The notes under the pieces were generated by a model that made no database searches, was not told where the DNA came from, and saw only the letters and a program-made list of their open reading frames with translations. The translations under genes were made by a program, and so were the position numbers. Below are positions 1-8,134 of a stretch of 38,729 nt of DNA, in pieces. Each line of letters starts with the position of its first letter. The stretch's first letter is position 1. This DNA is from a virus (lineage: Duplodnaviria > Caudoviricetes), in the IMG/VR virus record IMGVR_UViG_3300049472_000070, positions 1 through 38,729 of that record. One strand, 5' to 3'.

Positions 1-8
1 GAAATAAC

Positions 9-98
9 ATGGCGACACCTATCATCATCACCCCGCCGCCGCCCCCCCCGCCGCCGAAGAAAACCGCCAAGACCACGGCGAAGAAGTCGAAGAAATGA
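9..98 (+). CDS. 29-aa poly-proline/lysine-rich peptide (MATPIIITPPPPPPPPKKTAKTTAKKSKK)
   Basis: Read manually: ATG at 9, TGA at 96-98 overlapping the endolysin ATG (ATGA). Confidence 0.55.
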   Translation: MATPIIITPPPPPPPPKKTAKTTAKKSKK

Positions 99-580
99 CC
101 GCGCTTGGCCGACAGGATTTCAACGCGCTGTACGCGGCGACGATGGATGTCCTAGGCGCACGGTTCGCCAGCCCCGAGGCCAAGGCGATGCTGTGGGCCA
201 TCGGCAGGCAGGAGTCGCGCATGACGTACCGCCGCCAGATTGGCGGCCCTGCGCGTGGCCTGTGGCAGTTTGAACGCGGTGGCGGAGTGCGCGGCGTCCT
301 GACCCACCCGTCCAGTCGTGACCATGCCACCCGGCTGTGTGCCGAGCGCGGCGTGACCCCGACCAGCGAGGCGGTGTATCCGGCGCTGGAACTGGATGAT
401 GTGCTGGCCTGCGGGTTCGCCCGCCTGCTGCTGTTCACCGAACCGAAGGCGCTGCCCAAGGCGGCGCACGGCAATGCCGAAAAAGGGTGGGCGTACTACA
501 CCCGCGCATGGCGGCCAGGGAAGCCCCACCGCCATACATTCGATGAGTTCTGGAACGAGGCCGTGGAGGTAGCGAAGTGA
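95..580 (+). CDS. Endolysin, lysozyme-like fold
   Basis: QESR...GGPARGLWQFE...WRPGKPH motifs typical of a proteobacterial phage lysin family; followed by holin and spanins. Confidence 0.8.
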   Translation: MTALGRQDFNALYAATMDVLGARFASPEAKAMLWAIGRQESRMTYRRQIGGPARGLWQFERGGGVRGVLTHPSSRDHATRLCAERGVTPTSEAVYPALELDDVLACGFARLLLFTEPKALPKAAHGNAEKGWAYYTRAWRPGKPHRHTFDEFWNEAVEVAK

Positions 581-993
581 CCGAGCAGAAGAAAACCATC
601 GCAGGCGGCGTCACGCTGGCATCCGTGGTCGCGGTGCTGGCGCTGTGGCCGCAGATTGAGCCTGCTGCAACCTGGGCCATGCGAAACCTTGGGGTGATCC
701 TTGGCCGTGAGCAGGTTCAGGCCGTTCTGGCATCGCTGTCCATCGGCGTCCTGCTGGGCGTGGTGCTGCCGCGCTGGCTGTGCGGGGACTGGCCGCCTGC
801 AAAGACCCGCGCCGTGACGGGCATCGCCTGTTCGCTGGTGACGTTCGCGGCGGCGCTGGCGCTGGTGCCGACCCGCATCGGGTTCGTGTACGCGATCCTG
901 TCGGCGGTGGCGACCCCCACGGTGTCGGCGGCCATCCGGTCGGCGTGGTTCTGGATGCGCCCCGAGGACAAGCCCGAGAGCCTGCTGCCATGA
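577..993 (+). CDS. Holin-like multi-pass membrane protein
   Basis: 3-4 hydrophobic segments; lies between endolysin and Rz; overlapping start/stop. Confidence 0.6.
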   Translation: MTEQKKTIAGGVTLASVVAVLALWPQIEPAATWAMRNLGVILGREQVQAVLASLSIGVLLGVVLPRWLCGDWPPAKTRAVTGIACSLVTFAAALALVPTRIGFVYAILSAVATPTVSAAIRSAWFWMRPEDKPESLLP

Positions 994-1508
994 TGGCCGC
1001 CCTGCCGCTGCTGCTGATGAAGTGGATCCGGGCCGTGCCGTGGCAGGCATGGGCGCTGCTGACCCTGTGCGGGCTGCTGTGGGCGTTCGGCCACTGGCGG
1101 TACAACGCGGGGCAGGCCGAGGTTCAGGCCCGCTGGGACGCGGCGGAGGCCGTCCACGCGGCCAATGCCAAGGCGGCCAAGGATGCCGCCGCCATCATTG
1201 AGGCCAGGATGCGGGCCGACTACGCCGCTGCTGCGGCCAGGTTCAACAAGGAGAACGCCGATGCGCTGGCTGAACGTGATGCTGTTATCGCTGGCCTGCG
1301 GGCTGGGACTGTCCGGGTGCGGGAAAGGTTCCGCTGTCCGCCCGCCCGTTTGCCCGAAGCCGCCCCCGGTGCCGGAGGAAGTGATGGTGCCGGTGGAGGC
1401 GGACTTCTTCCAGAGGATGCGGGATTTTTGCTGCGACTCGCCGGAGAGGCCGACACCGCCGCCCGCCGATTGACCGCCTGCCAAGCCATTATCAGGAGCC
1501 AGCCATGA
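990..1508 (+). CDS. Rz: i-spanin (Rz)
   Basis: N-terminal TM, Ala-rich coiled coil, 'AGLRAGTVRVRERFRC' and 'EADTAARRLTACQ'; start at ATGA overlap with holin. Confidence 0.85.
   Translation: MMAALPLLLMKWIRAVPWQAWALLTLCGLLWAFGHWRYNAGQAEVQARWDAAEAVHAANAKAAKDAAAIIEARMRADYAAAAARFNKENADALAERDAVIAGLRAGTVRVRERFRCPPARLPEAAPGAGGSDGAGGGGLLPEDAGFLLRLAGEADTAARRLTACQAIIRSQP
1261..1473 (+). CDS. Rz1: o-spanin lipoprotein (Rz1) nested in Rz
   Basis: MRWLNVMLLSLACGLGLSGC: signal peptide with lipobox LSGC, Pro-rich mature part, +1 frame inside Rz. Confidence 0.85.
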   Translation: MRWLNVMLLSLACGLGLSGCGKGSAVRPPVCPKPPPVPEEVMVPVEADFFQRMRDFCCDSPERPTPPPAD

Positions 1509-1621
1509 AGAAACGCACGACCAACCCCGTCAAAGCCCCCGGCAAGCCGCCGCGCCGTGTGCCTGGCGGTGCGCCGAACTCCCCTTCGGGCCGCGCCGCC
1601 AAGCTCACGAAGCCGCGCTAG
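1505..1621 (+). CDS. 38-aa basic Pro/Lys/Arg-rich peptide
   Basis: GGAG upstream; ATG overlaps the Rz stop; TAG overlaps the convergent recT stop (CTAG). Confidence 0.4.
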   Translation: MKKRTTNPVKAPGKPPRRVPGGAPNSPSGRAAKLTKPR

Positions 1622-2418
1622 AACCCCGGATCGTCCTGCTGGCGGTACGGTTCCGGTTCATCCTCCACGACCGTCGCCGCCACCGTCGCCAGTACGGACG
1701 GACGGGTGGGCGCAGCGGTTTTCGGGGCGGGTTCTTCGGCAGGGGCGTTGAACTCAAACTCGCTGTCGGCAGCTTCGATGGCGCGGCTGTCGCGTTCGTC
1801 CATGTCGTACAGCGGCAGCGACTTGAACAACCTGCGGCCCACGGTCTTGCGGGCCATCTCGCCCCACTGCGCGACCCACGGCCCGGACTTCCCGGCGCGG
1901 CTGACGGCGCGTACCTTTTCGATTTCGTCGCGGGTCATCACTTCCAGGTACAGGTTGCCGTCCTTGTCCTGCGCTTCGGCCCACGCGCCAATCTCGGGGC
2001 CGCGATCCTCCCCGAGTTTCGGAGGCAGGTGACGCTTGACCGGGGTGACACCCAGTTCGTATTCAAACAGGTCGTTGGCATGGACAACCCCGGTGGCGAT
2101 GCGGACGCCGTACTTCGCAGCGATGCGGCGCAGGCCGCCGATCATCGGCATGTACGACACCTTGCCGCCCATGACAACAAGCGCGGCTTCCTTGCCGTCC
2201 GGGCGCAGGCCGTCTTGGGCGCAGCGCACGATGGCATTGAACAGGCTGGCGCGATCCCCGTCCAGCACGTTCGGGTTCTGCTGGATGGCAGTCTTGGTGA
2301 TGCTGGTGAACTTGGCGGCGCTGATGTTGTCGGGCAGGGACTCGCGCAGCCGGGACTGGAACTCGGGGCGGGCGAGGGTTTCAAACGTCTGCCGGATGGC
2401 GATTTGCTGGTTACTCAT
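1618..2418 (-). CDS. recT: RecT-family ssDNA annealing protein
   Basis: SLFNAIVRCAQDGLRPDGKEAALV and WGEMARKTVGRRLFKSLP; acidic/aromatic C-terminus; near YqaJ exonuclease. Confidence 0.9.
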   Translation of the reverse strand: MSNQQIAIRQTFETLARPEFQSRLRESLPDNISAAKFTSITKTAIQQNPNVLDGDRASLFNAIVRCAQDGLRPDGKEAALVVMGGKVSYMPMIGGLRRIAAKYGVRIATGVVHANDLFEYELGVTPVKRHLPPKLGEDRGPEIGAWAEAQDKDGNLYLEVMTRDEIEKVRAVSRAGKSGPWVAQWGEMARKTVGRRLFKSLPLYDMDERDSRAIEAADSEFEFNAPAEEPAPKTAAPTRPSVLATVAATVVEDEPEPYRQQDDPGF

Positions 2419-2650
2419 GTGCGGACTTCCCGAGCAGGTTATCGCGGAGGAACTTCGGGGCGGTGAACGTCATCCCGAGGCGGGTGATGCGGTTGGGCGT
2501 CATGCCTTTGGAGCGACCGCCTGCGCCGTAGCCGGGCATCATCACTTCGATTTCGTTGTCAAAGTTGAAGCGGTAGCACAGCGGGATGCCGTTGACGCGG
2601 CACATTTCATCCTCGTGCCACGGATGGGTGTAGTTCGGCTGGTGGTTCAT
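2411..2650 (-). CDS. Hypothetical protein
   Basis: Overlaps both flanking genes; AAGGA RBS. Confidence 0.55.
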   Translation of the reverse strand: MNHQPNYTHPWHEDEMCRVNGIPLCYRFNFDNEIEVMMPGYGAGGRSKGMTPNRITRLGMTFTAPKFLRDNLLGKSAHE

Positions 2651-3633
2651 GCGGATTCCTTTTTGGAGGGAGTGTTGCGGAACTGACGGTAGCCCTTACG
2701 AGCGCCGATGATTTGCCCGACCATCTCGGGCGTGATGGGCTTGCCGGGATTATCGGCAGTCTGCGTGGCCGACACCTTGCCGCCTGCGTACAGGATGGAA
2801 CCGGCAGGGCCAGCGCGTTCAAGCACCTGGGCCTTGATGACCGTCTGCCGTTCTTCCAGCGCCTTGATCGTGGCGGAAGCGGCGGTGTATTCGGCCATGA
2901 TCCCTGCCGTCCATTCGTCATCGCGCAGGTCGAGCGCGGTGCCGTCGCTGAACTGATTGAGAGCAATCAGGGCTTCGGCATCGTCGGGCATGACCGGAGG
3001 CGGCGCTTCGTTTGCCGCGATGGAGCGCCAGAATTTGCTGACGGCCTGCCGAATGGCGATGCCCACGGTCGGTTCGCGCAGGCGGGAGTACGTTTCCAAC
3101 TTGTTGCCGCCGACCAGCGCCACGATTGCGCCCCAGCCGCGCCCGGTGATTTCAAGCTGGTGCTGCAATTGCAGTTCGATGTGCGCCGGGGTTTCATCGT
3201 CCGTCCACTTGCGCCGGAACACAAGGCCGTCCACGTTCTTGCACTCAAGGATGCCGGGGCCGTGCGCCAGGTACAGGTCGCGCAGGCTGGTGTCCGCAGG
3301 AACGGTGTCGCTGACGCCCACGATTTCGTAGTCGAACGATGACCCCATGCGGGCAATCGGATCGCGGGCGTAGTATTTGAACGGGGCCACGATGATGCCG
3401 TAGCGTTCGGCGGCGAGGGCAGCGATGGCCGGTTCGATGTGGCGGCCTGCCTGCATCCGTTCGTTGTCATCCAGCCCGTTGCCGCCGCCTTCGTTCTTGC
3501 GGTGCCACAGTTCGAACAGGGTTTCGTAGGGGGACAGCCCGAACAGGGCGCTTGCTTCGGTGCTGGTGATGTCCAGGTTCCGTGCGGCCAGCCAATCGGC
3601 CTGCGATTCGTGGAGCAGGTATTGGGTGGTCAT
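2647..3633 (-). CDS. YqaJ-like (lambda-exonuclease family) recombination nuclease
   Basis: WLAAR..ITSTEASALFGLSPY, G..IEPAIA, SFD, ILECK, QLQHQL motifs. Confidence 0.9.
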   Translation of the reverse strand: MTTQYLLHESQADWLAARNLDITSTEASALFGLSPYETLFELWHRKNEGGGNGLDDNERMQAGRHIEPAIAALAAERYGIIVAPFKYYARDPIARMGSSFDYEIVGVSDTVPADTSLRDLYLAHGPGILECKNVDGLVFRRKWTDDETPAHIELQLQHQLEITGRGWGAIVALVGGNKLETYSRLREPTVGIAIRQAVSKFWRSIAANEAPPPVMPDDAEALIALNQFSDGTALDLRDDEWTAGIMAEYTAASATIKALEERQTVIKAQVLERAGPAGSILYAGGKVSATQTADNPGKPITPEMVGQIIGARKGYRQFRNTPSKKESA

Positions 3634-3839
3634 GGGGATTTCCCCGGATCAACCATGTTGGCGGCCAAGAACAGGTCAAGGTCTGCCGAGTCATAAATGA
3701 CTCGCTTGCCTAGCTTGTAATACTTTGGGCCAACACCCCGGAACCGCCAATCTTGCAATGTCCGTGCGCTTGCCACGCCAATATACCGGCCAGCCTCTAC
3801 TTCCGTGAGTTTGCGGCTTTCTTTCGTTTCGATTCCCAT
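3630..3839 (-). CDS. HTH_17/excisionase-like DNA-binding protein
   Basis: LTEVEAGRYIGV.SARTLQDWR..G.GPKYYKLGKRVIYD..DLD; GGAG RBS before ATG 3839. Confidence 0.8.
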   Translation of the reverse strand: MGIETKESRKLTEVEAGRYIGVASARTLQDWRFRGVGPKYYKLGKRVIYDSADLDLFLAANMVDPGKSP

Positions 3840-3859
3840 TTTATTCTCCGTTGGTTTAA

Positions 3860-4050
3860 GTAGATGCCCGTGTCGCAGGGCCAGCGGCTTGCATCGGAAG
3901 CAACGAGCCGGGTCATCTTCCTTTCCGGCTAGGGTTCGGTGGCCGCCCGTTACCATGCGGGCATAACACGATGAACTGTGGCGGGAATCGAACCCGCGTT
4001 GCACCAGCTTTCGGCCAACAAGCAGGAATCGAACCTGCCCCCGGAACCAA
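3860..4050 (-). ncRNA. Structured leader RNA with two tRNA T-arm-like hairpins
   Basis: Minus strand GCAGG-TTCGATT-CCTGC (4038-4022) and GCGGG-TTCGATT-CCCGC (3997-3981), then several further hairpins. Confidence 0.45.
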
Positions 4051-4101
4051 TCCTGCGCCCACCCGCAGGGACTTGTCAACCCCCCGTCAACCGTGCAATA
4101 T
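4050..4101. promoter_or_regulatory. Divergent sigma70-like promoters with overlapping -35 elements
   Basis: Leftward TTGACA (4079-4074)-18-CAGGAT; rightward TTGTCA (4073)-17-CAATAT (4096); lies between divergent operons. Confidence 0.55.
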
Positions 4102-4129
4102 GTCTCCACTGTCGCAGGGAGTGAGATTG

Positions 4130-4297
4130 ATGCAACGTACAATGAAGATGCCTAGGCTGCTGCACTATTCGTTGCGCCGCAAAAAGGCGGTGGCGCTACG
4201 GGAGCGAGGCTATTCACTGGCCGAGATTGGAAAGATGTTGCACCCGCAAGTGAGCAAACAGGCTGTGGCGAAACTACTGAAAAAGGAAGGGGCATGA
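4130..4297 (+). CDS. Small HTH regulator (Cro-like position)
   Basis: LRERGYSLAEIGKML..VSKQAV HTH; first gene of the rightward operon; GGGAG RBS. Confidence 0.7.
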   Translation: MQRTMKMPRLLHYSLRRKKAVALRERGYSLAEIGKMLHPQVSKQAVAKLLKKEGA

Positions 4298-4518
4298 ACG
4301 AACCGCGAGAGATGAACGTGGTGCTGGCAACCGTCATCATCAAAGAGAACCTGGATCGCCTCAAGGAGTACCGTGGCAAGGCTGCTGTCGAGGCGAACAA
4401 GCGGGCGTACAAGACCGGCGAACGTCACCCTGCTGCTGACCGCGCCGCCGAGGCGTACCAGCATTGGGTTGAAGAACTGGAACAGGTGTTGGAGTGGGTG
4501 CGGGGGTTGCCGGAATGA
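4294..4518 (+). CDS. Hypothetical protein
   Basis: Coupled ORF in operon. Confidence 0.65.
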   Translation: MNEPREMNVVLATVIIKENLDRLKEYRGKAAVEANKRAYKTGERHPAADRAAEAYQHWVEELEQVLEWVRGLPE

Positions 4519-4760
4519 CACTCCGCGAAACCTTCGACGCCCTGATGTACCAACTGAACCGCCCGAACGTGACCACGATGGGGCCGTGTGAGCGTGAGTG
4601 CGGCAGTTATGCGCGGGGTAGCGCCGCCTGCCGATCATGCTTGGCCGAAGATATTGACAAGGTGCTGGGCGGGGCGAAAGCGAGGCAGTTCGTTTTTGAG
4701 TACGTCTTGCTGCGAGTGAAACAGCACGACCTTGAGGATGCCATTGAGGCGCACAAATGA
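4515..4760 (+). CDS. Hypothetical protein with four Cys (possible Zn binding)
   Basis: ATGA overlaps on both sides; CxxxC...CxxC. Confidence 0.6.
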   Translation: MTLRETFDALMYQLNRPNVTTMGPCERECGSYARGSAACRSCLAEDIDKVLGGAKARQFVFEYVLLRVKQHDLEDAIEAHK

Positions 4761-6151
4761 TCGTCCTGCGCGACTACCAAAACGACTTGGTGGCCGCCAT
4801 CCGCTACGAACTGGCATCCGTGAACCGGGTGCTGGCCGTGGCCCCTACCGGCGCGGGCAAGACCGTGCTGTTCAGCTACATAGCGGCGCGGGCAGCGGAG
4901 CGTGGTAAGCGCATCGGCATTTTCGCGCACCGGGCGGAACTACTGGAACAGATCAGCCGCACCCTGCGGATGTTCAACGTGCGGCACGGCGTCATCACGG
5001 CGGGGGCGACCTTCGTTCCGCGCCAGTCGGTGTATGTATGTTCGGCGCAAACCTACGCCCGTCGCGCTGACCGGATGCCGGTGTTCGACATCGGCGTTAT
5101 TGACGAGGCGCACCATTGCACCAGCGGCTCAACATGGGGCAAGTGCATGGCCCGTTCGCCCGACGCGAAATGGCTGGGCGTGACGGCAACCCCGGAACGC
5201 TTGGACGGGCGCGGACTGCGGGAATCGTTTGATGCGATGGTGCTAGGCCCGTCCGTGCGGACGTTGATTGATGCCGGGGCGCTGGCCGATTACCGGCTGT
5301 TCGCTCCGCCAGGTGTTGACCTGTCCGGGGTGCATACGGTGGCGGGCGACTTCAACCGTGGCGAACTGGCGCAGGCGGTGGATCGCCCCGCCGTGACGGG
5401 GGACGCGGTGCGGCACTATGCCAAGCACCTGAACGGTGCGCCGTCCGTGGCGTTCTGTGTGTCCATCGCCCACGCCGAGCATGTGGCCGAGCAATTCCGG
5501 GCGGCGGGCTACCGGGCAACGAGCGTGGATGGCAAGTTGGATTCGGAGGAACGTGCGCGGCGCATTGGGGATTTCGCGGCGGGAAGGCTGAACGTGCTGG
5601 CATCCTGTGACCTGATTTCCGAGGGGTTCGACGTTCCCGGCATCCACGGCGCGATTCTGTTGCGTCCTACGCAATCGCTGGCCCTGTATTTGCAGCAGGT
5701 AGGCCGTGCGCTGCGGCCAGCGCCGGGGAAAACGCGGGCGACAATCATGGATCATGCCGGGAACGCGGGGCGTCACGGCCTGCCCGACATGGAACGGGCA
5801 TGGAGCCTGGACGGGCGCGACCGTAAGACGAAGGGGCCGCGTGATGCTGACGCGGTGCGCCAGTGTGAATCGTGTTTCGCGGCGTACCCTGCTGTGCAGC
5901 ATAAGTGTCCGGAGTGCGGATGGGTTCCTGCCGCCAAGCCCCGGAAGGTGGACACCGTGGACGGTGACTTGGCGGAAGTGGACACGGCAGCGGTGCGGCA
6001 GCGCGCCCCGGAAGTGGTACAACGGCTGGCCGAGCAGGGGAACGCGCGGTCGCTGGAGAAGCTGGTGGAGCTTGGCCGGATGCGGGGGATGAAGAACCCG
6101 GAGGGGTGGGCTAGGCATGTTTTGGAAGCTAGGATGAGGAAACGAGCATGA
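4757..6151 (+). CDS. Superfamily 2 DEAH helicase with C-terminal Zn ribbon
   Basis: LRDYQ, APTGAGKT, IDEAHH, VTATP, EGFD.P, QQVGR.LR, CxxC...CPEC. Confidence 0.95.
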   Translation: MIVLRDYQNDLVAAIRYELASVNRVLAVAPTGAGKTVLFSYIAARAAERGKRIGIFAHRAELLEQISRTLRMFNVRHGVITAGATFVPRQSVYVCSAQTYARRADRMPVFDIGVIDEAHHCTSGSTWGKCMARSPDAKWLGVTATPERLDGRGLRESFDAMVLGPSVRTLIDAGALADYRLFAPPGVDLSGVHTVAGDFNRGELAQAVDRPAVTGDAVRHYAKHLNGAPSVAFCVSIAHAEHVAEQFRAAGYRATSVDGKLDSEERARRIGDFAAGRLNVLASCDLISEGFDVPGIHGAILLRPTQSLALYLQQVGRALRPAPGKTRATIMDHAGNAGRHGLPDMERAWSLDGRDRKTKGPRDADAVRQCESCFAAYPAVQHKCPECGWVPAAKPRKVDTVDGDLAEVDTAAVRQRAPEVVQRLAEQGNARSLEKLVELGRMRGMKNPEGWARHVLEARMRKRA

Positions 6152-6375
6152 CCGAAAAAATTAATCCAAGGGACTTCGCCCCCGACATCACCAGAATAGT
6201 AGACGAACTGCGCGGCGCTGGCGGCATCATCACCGGCCTGTTCATTCGCAGGGCGGACGGAACGTGCATTGGAAAGCCGCCTGAGCCTGATCCGGGGCCG
6301 CATGTGTCTGGACTGTGTGAGTTGGCGGTGGCGTTGACTAAGGCGGGGAAGGGGAGGGATAAAAGGTGGAAGTGA
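6148..6375 (+). CDS. Hypothetical protein
   Basis: Coupled ORF. Confidence 0.5.
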   Translation: MTEKINPRDFAPDITRIVDELRGAGGIITGLFIRRADGTCIGKPPEPDPGPHVSGLCELAVALTKAGKGRDKRWK

Positions 6376-7022
6376 TAAAAATTTCCAAAAGTGAAGCGGA
6401 AGCATTTGTGATAGCAAAGCATTACAGCCGCAGGGCGTCTATTTTTTGGGCCGGGTTTGGCCTTTCCATCGGCGGGAAGATTGAAGGCGTTTGCGTTTTC
6501 GGTCAGCCTTCGCCGCCGATTCAGCGTTCAGCGTTCCGTGACCGGGACTTCAAACTGTACGAGCTTGCGAGGCTTGTTATCCAGACTAAAGAGAAGAACG
6601 CAGCATCCTTCCTTGTCGCTGGCGCGCTTCGGGGGCTTGAGAAGCCTTGCGCCGTTGTAAGCTATGCCGACATGGAGCAAAGCCACTGCGGAATTGTTTA
6701 TCAAGCTACCAACTGGACGTACACCGGAGCAACGGTATCGCATGACCACGCTTACATTGTGGATGGCAAGCGAGTCCACCCGATCAGCCTGCGCGACAAG
6801 GGGATAACAAACCCGAAGGAATGGGCGAAAGCAAACAACATCCAGACCGTAAAGCCCATGCCGAAGCATCGGTATTTCTTTGCTTGCGGGACGAAGGCGC
6901 AGAAAAAAAGCATCATGGCCCGCCTTGCGTACCCGATTGTTCCCGAATATCCGAAGTGCGATCAGAACAGGTACGACGATGGCGGCAACGTACTGGTTTA
7001 CAGCCAAGGTCTTTTGCTGTGA
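6372..7022 (+). CDS. Mom-family (GNAT-fold) DNA adenine modification enzyme
   Basis: KHYS, ELARL, SYAD...H.G.VYQATNW.YTG, KHRY, YPK motifs in the same order as in Mu Mom; lower GC than neighbours. Confidence 0.7.
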   Translation: MIKISKSEAEAFVIAKHYSRRASIFWAGFGLSIGGKIEGVCVFGQPSPPIQRSAFRDRDFKLYELARLVIQTKEKNAASFLVAGALRGLEKPCAVVSYADMEQSHCGIVYQATNWTYTGATVSHDHAYIVDGKRVHPISLRDKGITNPKEWAKANNIQTVKPMPKHRYFFACGTKAQKKSIMARLAYPIVPEYPKCDQNRYDDGGNVLVYSQGLLL

Positions 7023-7405
7023 AAGAAACCCCCATTCAAAGCGCCATAAGAACCGAGTGCAGCCAAGGCGACACGCGCCTGTTCCGCCAGCAGGTCGGGC
7101 AGTTTTGGGCGGGGGATTCGGTGAATCTCAAGGACGGTTCGGTGCTGATCCGCAATCCGCGCCGCGTGACGGTGGGGTTCGAAGGCTGGCCTGACCTTGG
7201 CGGCTGGACATCGGTGACGGTGACGCCGGAGATGGTGGGCCAGGTGATTGCCGTGGCGGTTCAGGTGGAAGTGAAGCGCACGAAGGGTGGCAACAAGCGG
7301 GCGCGGCAAAAGGAGTTCATCGCGTTCGCCATTGCCCGAGGCGTCCGGGCTGGATTTGCCCGGTCGGTGGAGGAGGCCCGAAAAATAATTGCCGGAAGGG
7401 GTTGA
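7019..7405 (+). CDS. VRR-NUC nuclease
   Basis: E..IQ..I, GWPDL.G, VEVK, Q..F, G..AGFARSVEEA; GTGA overlap. Confidence 0.85.
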   Translation: MKETPIQSAIRTECSQGDTRLFRQQVGQFWAGDSVNLKDGSVLIRNPRRVTVGFEGWPDLGGWTSVTVTPEMVGQVIAVAVQVEVKRTKGGNKRARQKEFIAFAIARGVRAGFARSVEEARKIIAGRG

Positions 7406-7430
7406 CATTGGGTTGACGGCATGTTCCCAT
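7401..7430 (+). promoter_or_regulatory. Promoter with GTTGAC-N5-GTTGAC repeat
   Basis: TTGACA at 7402, weak extended -10; same repeat as 4075-4091. Confidence 0.5.
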
Positions 7431-7470
7431 GACTGCGCCGGGGATGTCCCGGCATCGAACGGAGAGTGAC

Positions 7471-7635
7471 ATGGACACTGGATTGCAGGATTCGTTGCGT
7501 TCGCTGTACCAGCAGGGCGTTCGCCGGGGCCGACTGGAGGCCCGCATTGACCAGCGTGGGACGGTGGCGCTGGCGTTCGTCATCGGCGCGGTGATGGGGT
7601 TGGTTGGCGGGCTTGGCCTGACGGGGTGGTTGTGA
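7471..7635 (+). CDS. Small protein with C-terminal TM helix
   Basis: GGAGAG RBS; hydrophobic C-terminus. Confidence 0.6.
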   Translation: MDTGLQDSLRSLYQQGVRRGRLEARIDQRGTVALAFVIGAVMGLVGGLGLTGWL

Positions 7636-7796
7636 TGAGTACGATCCACGAAACCGCCGAACACCTGCGCCGCATGGGCGAACCCGAGTCATCGGTTGCC
7701 TACCTGACGGCCCGCATCACGCCGTCGCTGCTGGACATCTTCGGGGAGGCGCTGCGACCTGCGCTGAACCCGCCTGCGACGGAAACGGGGGACTGA
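7635..7796 (+). CDS. Hypothetical 53-aa protein
   Basis: Read manually (MSTIHETAEHLRRMG...); TGATG overlap. Confidence 0.55.
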   Translation: MSTIHETAEHLRRMGEPESSVAYLTARITPSLLDIFGEALRPALNPPATETGD

Positions 7797-7798
7797 CC

Positions 7799-7984
7799 AT
7801 GTGCCACGCAATTGCCGTAGTGAAGTACCGCGTCGGTGAAACGGCGCAAGTGAAGATCGAAACCCCGGAGGAACTGGCCGAGCGCACCGAGGCGCTGGAA
7901 GTGAACCCGGAAGTTCTGGAGTACCGAATCTACGTGGCCGCTGGCAAGCGCGTCCGCGTCACGGCATGGGAGGATCGCGCATGA
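7799..7984 (+). CDS. Hypothetical protein
   Basis: ORF track; tight packing. Confidence 0.6.
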   Translation: MCHAIAVVKYRVGETAQVKIETPEELAERTEALEVNPEVLEYRIYVAAGKRVRVTAWEDRA

Positions 7985-8133
7985 ACATTGGGCCTGGAAC
8001 CGACGAGGCGCTGTTCGAATACGAGGACGAGCCTGAGGTTGACGAGGACGAGTGGGACGATGACGGGCGCGATGCTCAAGACGTTGAATACGACAATGAC
8101 CATTCGCCTACGGGCGATCATCCGGATTACTGA
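7981..8133 (+). CDS. 50-aa highly acidic protein
   Basis: Read manually: MNIGPGTDEALFEYEDEPEVDEDEWDDDGRDAQDVEYDNDHSPTGDHPDY; GGAGG RBS; ATGA overlap. Confidence 0.65.
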   Translation: MNIGPGTDEALFEYEDEPEVDEDEWDDDGRDAQDVEYDNDHSPTGDHPDY

Positions 8134-8134
8134 C

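Noticed and set aside
3960-4050. Complete tRNA gene or tRNA-derived attP
   Set aside because: Only T-arms are present, no cloverleaf can be built, and no integrase is present
3840-4142. N-terminal extension of ORF 3630-4142
   Set aside because: Crosses promoters and the structured leader; good RBS and HTH start at 3839
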